From: an uncultured cyanobacterium
GTDB lineage: Bacteria > Cyanobacteriota > Cyanobacteriia > Cyanobacteriales > Nostocaceae
DNA length: 64,000 nt
Direction: 5' to 3'
NCBI GenBank assembly: GCA_963740315.1
Contig: CAVUDP010000001.1
Span: 832,001-896,000, forward strand
A program made the position numbers and the translations under genes. The notes beneath the pieces were generated by a model, which was not told the origin of the DNA, made no database searches, and saw nothing but the letters and a program-made list of their open reading frames with translations. This document shows, one piece after another, positions 55,268-64,000 of this stretch (the stretch's first letter is position 1; each line of letters begins with the position of its first letter).

Positions 55268-56353
55268 CTAAACCAAATCAGGAAATACTGACTGTACGGC
55301 TGGATGCGCGATTTTATGGCAATCTACATTTAATCCTTTAGCTAATGCTGGATTATTAACTAATGCTTTTATTCCTTCATTCGCTAACTGCCGCACGTAA
55401 GGTAATGTACTATTATTTAATGCTTGAGTTGCAGTCCAAGGTACGGCACCGGGCATATTCGGAACGCCGTAATGTACTACTCCAAGTTCCGTATAAACTG
55501 GATTTGTATGGGATGTCGTGCGTAAAGTCTCAATACATCCACCTTGATCGACTGCAACGTCTACAATTACCGCACCGGGCTTCATTTTTTTAACCAATTC
55601 GCGAGATACTAGAATAGGCGCTCGTCTTCCTAAGACTAAAACTGCACCAATTAATAAGTCTGCTTGAGGAACTGATTCTTCAATATGGGCGGAATTACTG
55701 TAAAGCAGTTCAACTCTAGAACCGAATAAGGTTTCTAAATAAGATAAGCGTTCGACGTTAATATCTAAAATTTGTACTGTAGCACCCATACCGACGGCGA
55801 TTTTCGCGGCTTCGGTACCGACAACACCACCACCTAAAATTACCACTTTACCGGGCTTGACTCCGGGAACTCCACCTAAAAGTACCCCCCTACCACCTTG
55901 TTGACTTTCAAGGTACCTAGCACCAAACTGCACCGAAAGACGACCCGCAATTATACTCATCGGGGTAAGTAAAGGTAATTTATTCGCACCCGCTTGCTCT
56001 ACAGTTTCGTAAGCGATCGCCGTAACGCCACAGTCTATTAAATGTTCGGTTAATTTTCTATTTGCTGCTAAATGTAAATAAGTAAATAGTAATTGCCCTT
56101 TCTGCAAAAATTTATACTCGGATTCTAAAGGTTCTTTAACTTTGACAATTAATTCACGATTCCAAACATCTGATGCGGTGCCAATTGTTGCCCCCGCGCT
56201 TACGTAATCATCATCTGTAAATCCAGCACCAGCACCAGAAGAAGTTTCGACAAAGATATTATGACCTGCTTCTTTTAAAACCCTGACGCTAGAAGGACTT
56301 AACCCCACTCGAAACTCTCTATCTTTTGTTTCCTTGGGAACGCCGATTTCCAT
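55268..56353 (-). CDS. ald: Alanine dehydrogenase
   Basis: IGVPKE, KVKEP, FTYLHLAA, GGGVVG, DVAVDQGG, NMPGAVP. Confidence 0.97.
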   Translation of the reverse strand: MEIGVPKETKDREFRVGLSPSSVRVLKEAGHNIFVETSSGAGAGFTDDDYVSAGATIGTASDVWNRELIVKVKEPLESEYKFLQKGQLLFTYLHLAANRKLTEHLIDCGVTAIAYETVEQAGANKLPLLTPMSIIAGRLSVQFGARYLESQQGGRGVLLGGVPGVKPGKVVILGGGVVGTEAAKIAVGMGATVQILDINVERLSYLETLFGSRVELLYSNSAHIEESVPQADLLIGAVLVLGRRAPILVSRELVKKMKPGAVIVDVAVDQGGCIETLRTTSHTNPVYTELGVVHYGVPNMPGAVPWTATQALNNSTLPYVRQLANEGIKALVNNPALAKGLNVDCHKIAHPAVQSVFPDLV

Positions 56354-56531
56354 ATACTTCCCCTAAATAGAATTACTGCTTTAATGTTGCTTTAACTGTA
56401 GTGTGTCAATTCAATGGCAGGCATGTTGAATTAAATATTACCAATTTGATCTTAAATTCCTTAAATTCTTCAAATAACCCTCCCCATTGGGTTTTTAACT
56501 ATCGTATGAAGCTTGTTACGTTATATAAAAA

Positions 56532-56549
56532 ATAGTAAAATTTTGTAAA
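56532..56549 (-). promoter_or_regulatory. Putative HLR1 (RpaB) site upstream of the HLIP gene
   Basis: Reverse complement TTTACAAA-AT-TTTACTAT versus (G/T)TTACA(T/A)(T/A)-N2 direct repeat. Confidence 0.5.
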
Positions 56550-56649
56550 TAAGTGTTCATATTACCTTGATTTTGAACAATTAAAGGTAGAAGTACGCTT
56601 ATCGGCATCTAGTTAAACAAGTTCGCTTTTATTAAAGGAGGTATTTTCA

Positions 56650-56826
56650 ATGACAGTACAACAGCCACAACCAACGACTACACCCAAATTAGAAGAACCA
56701 AAATTAGGCTTTAATGAATATGCAGAACGTTTAAATGGTAGAGCAGCGATGATTGGCTTCATGATTATGGTGATAATTGAATGCATAACCGATCGCGGAG
56801 TTTTAGCATGGTTGGGATTGAGATAA
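56650..56826 (+). CDS. High-light-inducible protein (HLIP), 58 aa (not in ORF track)
   Basis: GFNEYAERLNGRAAMIGF chlorophyll-binding motif; AAAGGAGG RBS. Confidence 0.95.
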   Translation: MTVQQPQPTTTPKLEEPKLGFNEYAERLNGRAAMIGFMIMVIIECITDRGVLAWLGLR

Positions 56827-57195
56827 TTTTTTAAGAGGGAGTAGGGAGTAGGGAATAAGTCAAAGATATTTTGATGCTGCTCAGAAGTAGGGTTTTTATA
56901 AAATTTGTAAGTGTATTACAGATACGTATTCTAAAAACCCGACTTCTCAACCGAATATTTCCTATTCCCTATTCCCCATATTTTTAAGAGTGTTGTTCTA
57001 AACTTGCAATTCAATATAAAGACAAGAGATAATAACTAAACTTAGAAATTCTAAATTTTGAATAAAGTTAGGGAATACCTTACTTGCCTGTTGAATAAAT
57101 TTATAATAGTATTAATGCTTTGATATAAAGCGCTTATAACGCATTATCGCTATATTAGTAAACTTATACTAAAGGGTAACTGAAAAAACGCTGTT

Positions 57196-57492
57196 ATGAA
57201 TGCTGTATTTCCTCGCATTGTAAAATCAGCCTACCGCAAAGAACCACTAATCACCATATTAATCACGATGGGAATAGTGGATGCGCTAATTGGTGGATTG
57301 GATGACAGTTGGGCATTGTTTATTTTTGGCTTAGGAACTGCTGGAGGAGCCTTAATACTAAGGTGGTGGCGGATTCAGCAACGCCCATACGATCGAAATG
57401 AAGAACCTGTAAAACAATTATACTTGCCAATGCATTCTTCAAAATCGGCTTTACCAATGCTGAGTATTTCTAAGAAAAAGCCGCCGCAATAA
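57196..57492 (+). CDS. Small membrane hypothetical protein
   Basis: YRKEP...MG.VDA.IGG, two TM segments. Confidence 0.7.
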   Translation: MNAVFPRIVKSAYRKEPLITILITMGIVDALIGGLDDSWALFIFGLGTAGGALILRWWRIQQRPYDRNEEPVKQLYLPMHSSKSALPMLSISKKKPPQ

Positions 57493-57493
57493 G

Positions 57494-57542
57494 AGGTTAA
57501 AGGTTAAAGGTTAAAGGTTAAAGGTTAAAGGTTAAAGGTTAA
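57494..57542. repeat. Heptamer short tandem repeat (AGGTTAA x7)
   Basis: Directly visible; inverse copies at about 62963-63003. Confidence 0.9.
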
Positions 57543-57749
57543 ATAAAATACAAAAATAATATTGAGACGTTGCTACCCCCGCGCCGAGAGGGAATGCAAC
57601 GTCTCAAGCATTTTTGGGAATAAAATATCAACGATCGCAAAAATTTATCTATTGGCAAACTTTATTGGACAAGGCAAAATAGATTTTAAGGAGGGTGTAT
57701 TCCCTACTTCGTGCTTTTTAAGGGTATTTGCCCACAAAATATATAATTT

Positions 57750-58853
57750 ATGAAAAGTTATTGCGATAATTTTATAAAGTTTAAATTTACTACTAAAGTA
57801 TTACTAGCGAAATTGAGTGCGGTATTAATAAGCTCTGCAAGTGTTGTGGGGATTACTGAGTTAGCATTAGCTAAGCCTGTCATTATACGAGTTAATGGGG
57901 GTTCTATTGCAGCTAATAATTTTGCCAATCCTGAGTTAGAGCATACTTTTAAAGGGCATAAAGGAGCGGTTAAATCTTTAGCTTTTAGTCCTGATGGTAG
58001 AATGCTTGTCAGTGGTGGTTCTAACAGCGATGGTATTATTCGTTTATGGAATGTCGAAAAAAATAAACGCTTGGGTGAGATTAGTAAAGCGCATCAAGAA
58101 TCGATACAATCGGTGTTAATTTCACCAGACGGTAGACATTTAGTTAGCTCTAGCACTGACAATACCGTTAATATTTGGAGTTTAGAAAACTATAAATTTA
58201 TCCGTAGTTTTAGGGGACATAGCAGTAACGTACTATCCTTGGCGGTGACTCCAAACAGTAAAATTCTCGTCAGCGGTGGTTTAGATGGAATCCGCGTATG
58301 GGATTTATTACAACAACGTCCTTTGGCGACATTAGCAACCTTTGATAATTTGATTCACGCGGTAGCTATTAGCCCCGACGGTAGGATATTGGCAAGTGGG
58401 GATAATAAAGGAATTGTCAAACTATGGGATTTAGAAAGCGGAAGATTAATTCGCGGATTTAAAGTTCACGATCGGCAAGTAAACGCTCTAGCCTTTACCC
58501 CAAATGGCGATAGCGTTATTACAGCTAGTAGCGATCGCACTATCAAGATGTGGAATTACAACACCGGAGAAGTGCTGCAAACCTTCGCGGGGCACAATAA
58601 TTCAGTAATTGCGATCGCGGTGAATCCAGACGGACAAACTCTTGCTAGTGGTGGTAAAGACGGGATTAAAATCTGGGATTTGAATACGGGTAATTTATTA
58701 AATTCACTTTACGGACATTCAGACTGGGTAAGTTCCCTTGCTTTTAGCCCAGACGGAAAAACGCTTGCTAGCGGCAGCTTTGATAAAACGGTTCGTCTTT
58801 GGGGAAATCAACCGCCAACATTAAATGCAAGTTTAAAAACGAAACTGAAATAA
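57750..58853 (+). CDS. WD40-repeat protein
   Basis: Seven GH...LAFSPDG..LASG..D..I.LW repeats. Confidence 0.93.
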   Translation: MKSYCDNFIKFKFTTKVLLAKLSAVLISSASVVGITELALAKPVIIRVNGGSIAANNFANPELEHTFKGHKGAVKSLAFSPDGRMLVSGGSNSDGIIRLWNVEKNKRLGEISKAHQESIQSVLISPDGRHLVSSSTDNTVNIWSLENYKFIRSFRGHSSNVLSLAVTPNSKILVSGGLDGIRVWDLLQQRPLATLATFDNLIHAVAISPDGRILASGDNKGIVKLWDLESGRLIRGFKVHDRQVNALAFTPNGDSVITASSDRTIKMWNYNTGEVLQTFAGHNNSVIAIAVNPDGQTLASGGKDGIKIWDLNTGNLLNSLYGHSDWVSSLAFSPDGKTLASGSFDKTVRLWGNQPPTLNASLKTKLK

Positions 58854-58855
58854 GG

Positions 58856-59087
58856 CTTAAATAAGGTTCGTAGTAAGAACTTTAGTTCTCTTAATTTAAG
58901 GACTAAACCATTGACTACAAACCAATTACTTCTTATAAATTGAATTAATCGCAAGCACCATTAAAAATGAAACTTAAATAAGGTTCGTAGTCAGAACTTT
59001 AGTTCTCTTAATTTAAGGACGCGCATTCCTTACTACAAACCTATTATTATTTATAAATTGAATTAATGGGAAGCACGATTAAAAATT
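58856..59087. repeat. Imperfect ~117-bp tandem duplication between convergent genes
   Basis: CTTAAATAAGGTTCGTAGT.AGAACTTTAGTTCTC at 58856 and 58973. Confidence 0.85.
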
Positions 59088-60807
59088 CCGTGCCTTTTCC
59101 AGGTGCTGAATTACAGGTAAGTTGTCCGCGATGTTTTTCTACTACAATTTGATGGCTGATGGATAATCCCAATCCGGTACCTTTGCCAACTTCTTTAGTT
59201 GTGAAAAATGGATCGAATAACTTGGAAAGCACCTCTTCTGTCATTCCCGGACCATTATCAGAAATAGCGATCGATACCCATTTATTATCTATAATTTTAG
59301 TGCGAATACGAATTTTAAAAGGTTTGAAAATATCTTTTTTTGTATCTTCTGCTGCCCATCCTCTATGACCTATTTGTTCGTGTAAAGCATCAATTGCATT
59401 AGCAAGAATATTCATAAATACTTGGTTTAGTTGTCCGGGATAGCAGTTTATTTGTGGTAAATTTCCATATTCTTTGATTACTTCAATATTTGGATGACTA
59501 GATTGAGCTTTTAAACGACTTTGTAAAATCATTAAAGTACTATCAATACCCAAATGAATATCAACTAGTTTAATTTCGGCTTCGTCTAAGCGAGAAAAAA
59601 TTCTCAAAGATTTAACAATGTCTTGAATGCGTTGAGTTCCTACTTTCATCGACTGAATAATTTTAAGAAAGTCTTCCTTGATAAAATCTAATTCATCAAC
59701 GTCAATTTCCTGCTGAATTTCTTCTGGATAATTAGAATATTGCTGTTGATATCCTATTAGTTTGAGTAAAGTTTGGCTGTATTGTTCCACGTAGTCAAGA
59801 TTTGCATGAACAAAGTTAACAGGATTATTTATTTCATGAGCAATACCTGCAACTAGTTGACCTAAACTAGACATTTTTTCATTGTGAACCAGTTGAATTT
59901 GGGTTTTCTTTAACTGACTCAAAGTTTGTTCGAGATTAGTTATTGCGGTTTCTAAGCGATCTGACTGAGTTATGGTAGATTGTTCCGAAACGTCCAATAA
60001 TTGATTTAATGTGCCAACTTGCGATTTAAAACGCTGTAAAAGATTATCTTCGTTTAGATAATTTTTATTAACTCCGCTAAAAACGCGATCGTCAAAAGGG
60101 AGAATTGCGGTTTTAACATTTAAAGCTAAAGGGCGGATTGATTCTACAATTGTTTGCGGAACAGTTACTCTTAAAAACATCAGAACTGCAAACATATCTC
60201 CCGAAGGTAATAACCCCCCAAATCCAATTACCGATTTGACTCCAAACGGAATTACAAATGATGTTTGGGAAGGAATATAAGGACTATTCAAAGCATCGGG
60301 AACGTAAAAAACATTGTACATCCGCTGTTCGAGATCGATCGATAAATTAGGATCGGGTTGCAATACCATTTCTGGATTTAATCCAAGTTGTTTAACTAAT
60401 TGCGAAATCATTGGTATGCGATGTATGGTATCTTCATTTACAAGCGGAATTGCTTTATGTCCCACAGATTTATAGCGAGAATTCCATTCGGGAAGTTCAC
60501 CCGCAGTAGCAAGTAAAGTTAAGCATTTTAATTTGTCTTTTAAACTGTCTGCAACTGGATTATTTTCTAACATATCCCGCGCATATTCTTGCAATTCAGG
60601 AGTTAATTTTTCATAGGCATGAGTTTTAAAAAAACGTACAAGAATGCAGCTTTTTTCTCCAGTATTCTTATCAATTAGATGTTCGTAAAAATGTTTGATA
60701 ATTAAATCGCTAGCAACTTCCATGCAATCGGCTTTTTCGGTAATCTGACGTAGAGCTAAACCACATTCAGACATATCTCTAAGAGTAAATTTAGTTAAGT
60801 CGTACAT
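59047..60807 (-). CDS. Sensor histidine kinase with uncharacterised N-terminal domain
   Basis: LVAGIAHEINNP H-box, LNQVFMNILANA, DNGPG, FFTTK, GTGLGL. Confidence 0.92.
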   Translation of the reverse strand: MYDLTKFTLRDMSECGLALRQITEKADCMEVASDLIIKHFYEHLIDKNTGEKSCILVRFFKTHAYEKLTPELQEYARDMLENNPVADSLKDKLKCLTLLATAGELPEWNSRYKSVGHKAIPLVNEDTIHRIPMISQLVKQLGLNPEMVLQPDPNLSIDLEQRMYNVFYVPDALNSPYIPSQTSFVIPFGVKSVIGFGGLLPSGDMFAVLMFLRVTVPQTIVESIRPLALNVKTAILPFDDRVFSGVNKNYLNEDNLLQRFKSQVGTLNQLLDVSEQSTITQSDRLETAITNLEQTLSQLKKTQIQLVHNEKMSSLGQLVAGIAHEINNPVNFVHANLDYVEQYSQTLLKLIGYQQQYSNYPEEIQQEIDVDELDFIKEDFLKIIQSMKVGTQRIQDIVKSLRIFSRLDEAEIKLVDIHLGIDSTLMILQSRLKAQSSHPNIEVIKEYGNLPQINCYPGQLNQVFMNILANAIDALHEQIGHRGWAAEDTKKDIFKPFKIRIRTKIIDNKWVSIAISDNGPGMTEEVLSKLFDPFFTTKEVGKGTGLGLSISHQIVVEKHRGQLTCNSAPGKGTEFLIVLPINSIYK

Positions 60808-61031
60808 AATATGTAGATTTCTTCCCTGGATTAAAATCGATAAAATACCACTGATAAGCAGATAAGCTTTAAAATCTCCGCATCTCAAGCTTATTTTTCC
60901 CTATTTTGGGGATTTTCTATCAAAATCGAAATAATTTATCGGAATGGCTGCAATAGTTATTGAAAATAGTCGCGTAGTTCAAGAAGTATAGTATGTTTAA
61001 CTACGATAGCTTTTAATTAGGTTTAATAGAA

Positions 61032-61829
61032 ATGAATTTATCAGGAAGAAGTACTGCAATTTCCTCAGAATACATACCCCGTAAATATCAGTTTTTCGAT
61101 AGTAATAACGTCTTAGATACAGAATGGCGAATTAATGGAATGCCAGAAAATGTAATATCTGGAAAAAGACGTTTATTGTCATGGCATGAATGCGGCGCAT
61201 CAACAGCAAAAGTTATTTTACCCCCGAATTTTGTAGCCCCATCTGGTATATTCAGCGCCGATTTAGAAATTTTTATCCTCAAAGGTGCAATTAAAATTGG
61301 AGAATGGCAGTTAAATAAACATTGTTATTCTTTTATTCCCGCAGGTGTAAAAGTTGGTGATTGGAAAGTTATCGGAAATGAGGAAGCAGTAATCTTATGG
61401 ATGGAAAATGGTTCAGTTGATTTTGATTATCAAAATGTCAAAGATAACCATCCAGATGCAATATTGAGTGAATTTATTCCAGCACTAGATAGTAAATTAC
61501 TACCGTGGGGAAAGTCAGATACCGCTCAATTTGTGCAAGCGAATAAAAAGTGGTTAAGAAAAGATAGTAACGGTGGTGGAGTCTGGCTACTCGCCGTTTT
61601 ACCTCATTATGACGGCAGATATCAAATGATTCAATCTTATAATGAAGAAGCTTATGGTTTGGCTGGGTACGTTGACATAGGAAATTTCTGTTTTGCAAAA
61701 GATAGCTTTGGCTATACTCCTAGTTTTAGTACTGTTCCCATACATAAAAGTGAAGATGGTGGGTTATTTTTCGTTAGAATTGATAGAGATTTATCAAAAC
61801 CAGGAACCGTTTTATCATATGCAAATTAA
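61032..61829 (+). CDS. Double-cupin-like (DUF4437-like) protein
   Basis: Two cupin-like halves (EIFILKG..IG...YSFIPAG; EEAYGLAG...IG...YTP). Confidence 0.6.
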   Translation: MNLSGRSTAISSEYIPRKYQFFDSNNVLDTEWRINGMPENVISGKRRLLSWHECGASTAKVILPPNFVAPSGIFSADLEIFILKGAIKIGEWQLNKHCYSFIPAGVKVGDWKVIGNEEAVILWMENGSVDFDYQNVKDNHPDAILSEFIPALDSKLLPWGKSDTAQFVQANKKWLRKDSNGGGVWLLAVLPHYDGRYQMIQSYNEEAYGLAGYVDIGNFCFAKDSFGYTPSFSTVPIHKSEDGGLFFVRIDRDLSKPGTVLSYAN

Positions 61830-61850
61830 ACTCCTATCTTAAATAAAAAA

Positions 61851-62864
61851 ATGAATTTATATTATAAAAAAATTATCCTCAAACAATTTGCTGAAGACTT
61901 CAAATCCGCAATTGAAATTGTAGAAAAAACCATACCCAAACCAGCAGCCAACGAAATATTAATTCGCAACAAATATGCTGGAATCAACGCCGGTTTTGAC
62001 ATTTTAGCTTGTTGCGATCGCATCCCCTACGTTAACTTAACTCTTCCTTTTGATTTAGGTGTAGAAGCGGTAGGAGAAGTAATAGAAATAGGAGAAAATA
62101 TTGAAAATAAAAATAAAGATCTACAAGTAGGTGATGCTGTAGTAACTACTGTACGGGGAGGTTATTGCGAATACCGTACAATTGAAGCGAAGCTTGTGGT
62201 TAAAGTTCGTGAAGCAACGCCGGAAGTCTTAACATTAATGCCTACTGGTGTTTCAGCTTTGATAGCTTTAGAACAAGTAGGAGAAATGAAAAGCAATGAA
62301 GTTGTATTAATTACAGCAGCGGCGGGAGGTACGGGACATATCGCGGTACAATTAGCGAAGTTAGCAGGTAATCATGTCATCGGTACCTGTGGAAGTGAAG
62401 CGAAAGTAGAATTATTAAAAACATTGGGATGCGATAGAGTCATTAACTATCGGCAAGAAGATATAAATCGAGTTCTTAAGCAAGAATATCCTCAAGGAAT
62501 CAACCTCGTTTTTGAATGCGTCGGCAAACAGCTTTTCGATACTTGCGTAGATAACTTAGCAATTCGAGGGCGTTTAATAGTAGTAGGCAGCATTTCCGAA
62601 TACGCTCAAAATGCCGAACAAATATTGCAACCCCGTATCTACCACAAACTAATGTGGAAAGCAGCATCAGTACGCGGATTTCTTAATCCCTTGTATGCAG
62701 AATATATAGACGAAGCACAAAATAAACTATTAAATTTGTTCTACAACAATAAAATTAAAGTCGCAGTTGACTCAACCCAATTTAACGGCATAGAATCCAT
62801 CCCCACAGCAATTGAACACTTACTTAGCGGTAAGAATTGCGGTAAAGTTGTTGTTAGATTTTAA
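61851..62864 (+). CDS. NADP-dependent MDR oxidoreductase (zinc-independent, ZADH2/QOR-like)
   Basis: AGINA.D, LGVEAVG, AAAGGTG, FECVG, GKVVV. Confidence 0.88.
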   Translation: MNLYYKKIILKQFAEDFKSAIEIVEKTIPKPAANEILIRNKYAGINAGFDILACCDRIPYVNLTLPFDLGVEAVGEVIEIGENIENKNKDLQVGDAVVTTVRGGYCEYRTIEAKLVVKVREATPEVLTLMPTGVSALIALEQVGEMKSNEVVLITAAAGGTGHIAVQLAKLAGNHVIGTCGSEAKVELLKTLGCDRVINYRQEDINRVLKQEYPQGINLVFECVGKQLFDTCVDNLAIRGRLIVVGSISEYAQNAEQILQPRIYHKLMWKAASVRGFLNPLYAEYIDEAQNKLLNLFYNNKIKVAVDSTQFNGIESIPTAIEHLLSGKNCGKVVVRF

Positions 62865-63011
62865 CAACGGATGCATTTGTTTTGGATTTTAAATTGAAGG
62901 CGATCGGTTAGGAATTGAGAGTTATGATTTGGGAATTAGAACTAGTAATTTATAAAACTCTTACCTTTAACCTTTAACCTTTAACCTGATTAACCTTTAA
63001 CCTAATTAACT

Positions 63012-63794
63012 TTAATCTAATAAAAATCTGCGCTTAACTTGCTGTACAGGTCTTGCATTCATAGGAAAGATTTTAGCAAACTTCTGTACTTGCCGTTGGG
63101 AAACTTCTACGGGTTCTTTTAAAACAATCCAATTTACAGTTTCGGAGCAAGGTGGTGTAGTTAAAGAGCCGAAGTAACGATAATAATCTTTGTTTTTTGG
63201 TAACAATTGGGCAGCATTAATACTAATATTTTGTTTAGTTATCTTTTGCTCTTTTTGCATCGGCATATTTTGCCAAACTTGCTGTAATGCCTGGTTTTCT
63301 TGACCTTGTTTGAGAAAAACACCAATCACAGCTAAAGAACCTTTTTCACTTTTATGAACTAAATGTAATTCCATCGGTAATGCTTTACCTTCAACTTGAT
63401 GTTCGCTGGGATTATGAAAGTGAAATTGTAGTAATTCATAAGGTTCATTATCAAGCATTAATATACTTCCCGGCTGATAATCAACTTGGATAGTATGACC
63501 ATTATTAATAATACTAAGAGGAGTCTTTTGATAATTTATTTTTAAGGGCGGTAAATCCGCATCGATCGCCTTTTGAAGATTAACTGGAGACTGGCTTTTA
63601 CCTGACTGACAAGCATAGTAATCTGATGATATATTACCCCAGTTTTCGGGACCTTCTTTACCAATATAACCCCAATGAGATTTATCTTTTTCGAGTGATA
63701 CTGATGACGTGAATGAACTACAGCCAAACAAAGAACTTACTGCGATTCCAGTAGCTGCAACCAAACCCTTTCTTAGTAATTGTCTTCTATCCAT
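63012..63794 (-). CDS. ecaA: Alpha-class carbonic anhydrase with Tat/lipoprotein signal
   Basis: DRRQLL twin-Arg signal, QSPVN, QFHFH.PSEH, ELHLVH, GSLTTPPCSE, NARP. Confidence 0.93.
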   Translation of the reverse strand: MDRRQLLRKGLVAATGIAVSSLFGCSSFTSSVSLEKDKSHWGYIGKEGPENWGNISSDYYACQSGKSQSPVNLQKAIDADLPPLKINYQKTPLSIINNGHTIQVDYQPGSILMLDNEPYELLQFHFHNPSEHQVEGKALPMELHLVHKSEKGSLAVIGVFLKQGQENQALQQVWQNMPMQKEQKITKQNISINAAQLLPKNKDYYRYFGSLTTPPCSETVNWIVLKEPVEVSQRQVQKFAKIFPMNARPVQQVKRRFLLD

Positions 63795-64000
63795 AAGTGT
63801 TTGCGATCGCATCCAATGCCACATTAATTTATTCGACGAAATTTAGCTTTAGTGCATTTAGTCAAGTACAACAAGACACATTGTATAAATAAATAATTGA
63901 TTTGTCATATTTATTTAATCTTGATTAATTTTTATTATTGTTTGCCTGGTGAGTTACTGTTGTTCTTTGTTCACTTCCAGATTAAATATTTTGTAATTAT

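Noticed and set aside
63930..64000. Possible 3' end of a minus-strand gene at the window edge
   Set aside because: Too short to identify.

Overview
AT-rich cyanobacterial chromosome segment, probably from a filamentous Nostocales-type strain (inferred from abundant HIP1 GCGATCGC sites, short tandem repeats, petG, cytM, an HLIP gene and an Ile/Ala-type ITS). The core content is mutS, a divergent PerR/peroxiredoxin pair, an ABC exporter, cytM, petG, rsmD, hisH, a complete minus-strand rRNA operon, nadC, argS, a 7-gene mrp/mnh antiporter operon, mmsA, ald, an HLIP and an alpha-carbonic anhydrase. Four accessory loci stand out. (1) 7.7-10.8 kb: an internally deleted NACHT-HEAT (NLR-like) gene and a CHAT protease gene share three copies of a ~27-aa N/Q/G-rich motif, a candidate amyloid-type signalling link. 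(2) 26594-26955: a 362-bp ORF-less IS200/IS605 derivative keeps a TnpB omega-RNA-like right end and sits precisely inside a signal peptide; excising it restores the reading frame. (3) Two paralogous cassettes, each an ~875-aa LRV/HEAT-like solenoid gene plus a tandem NuiA-like gene, flank the mrp operon, and each has a cyanobacterial LexA-box match about 20 nt upstream. (4) A GTAG-REP family has conserved stems but variable 32-37 nt loops. No CRISPR array was seen. All family assignments come from motif recognition by eye, not from database searches.
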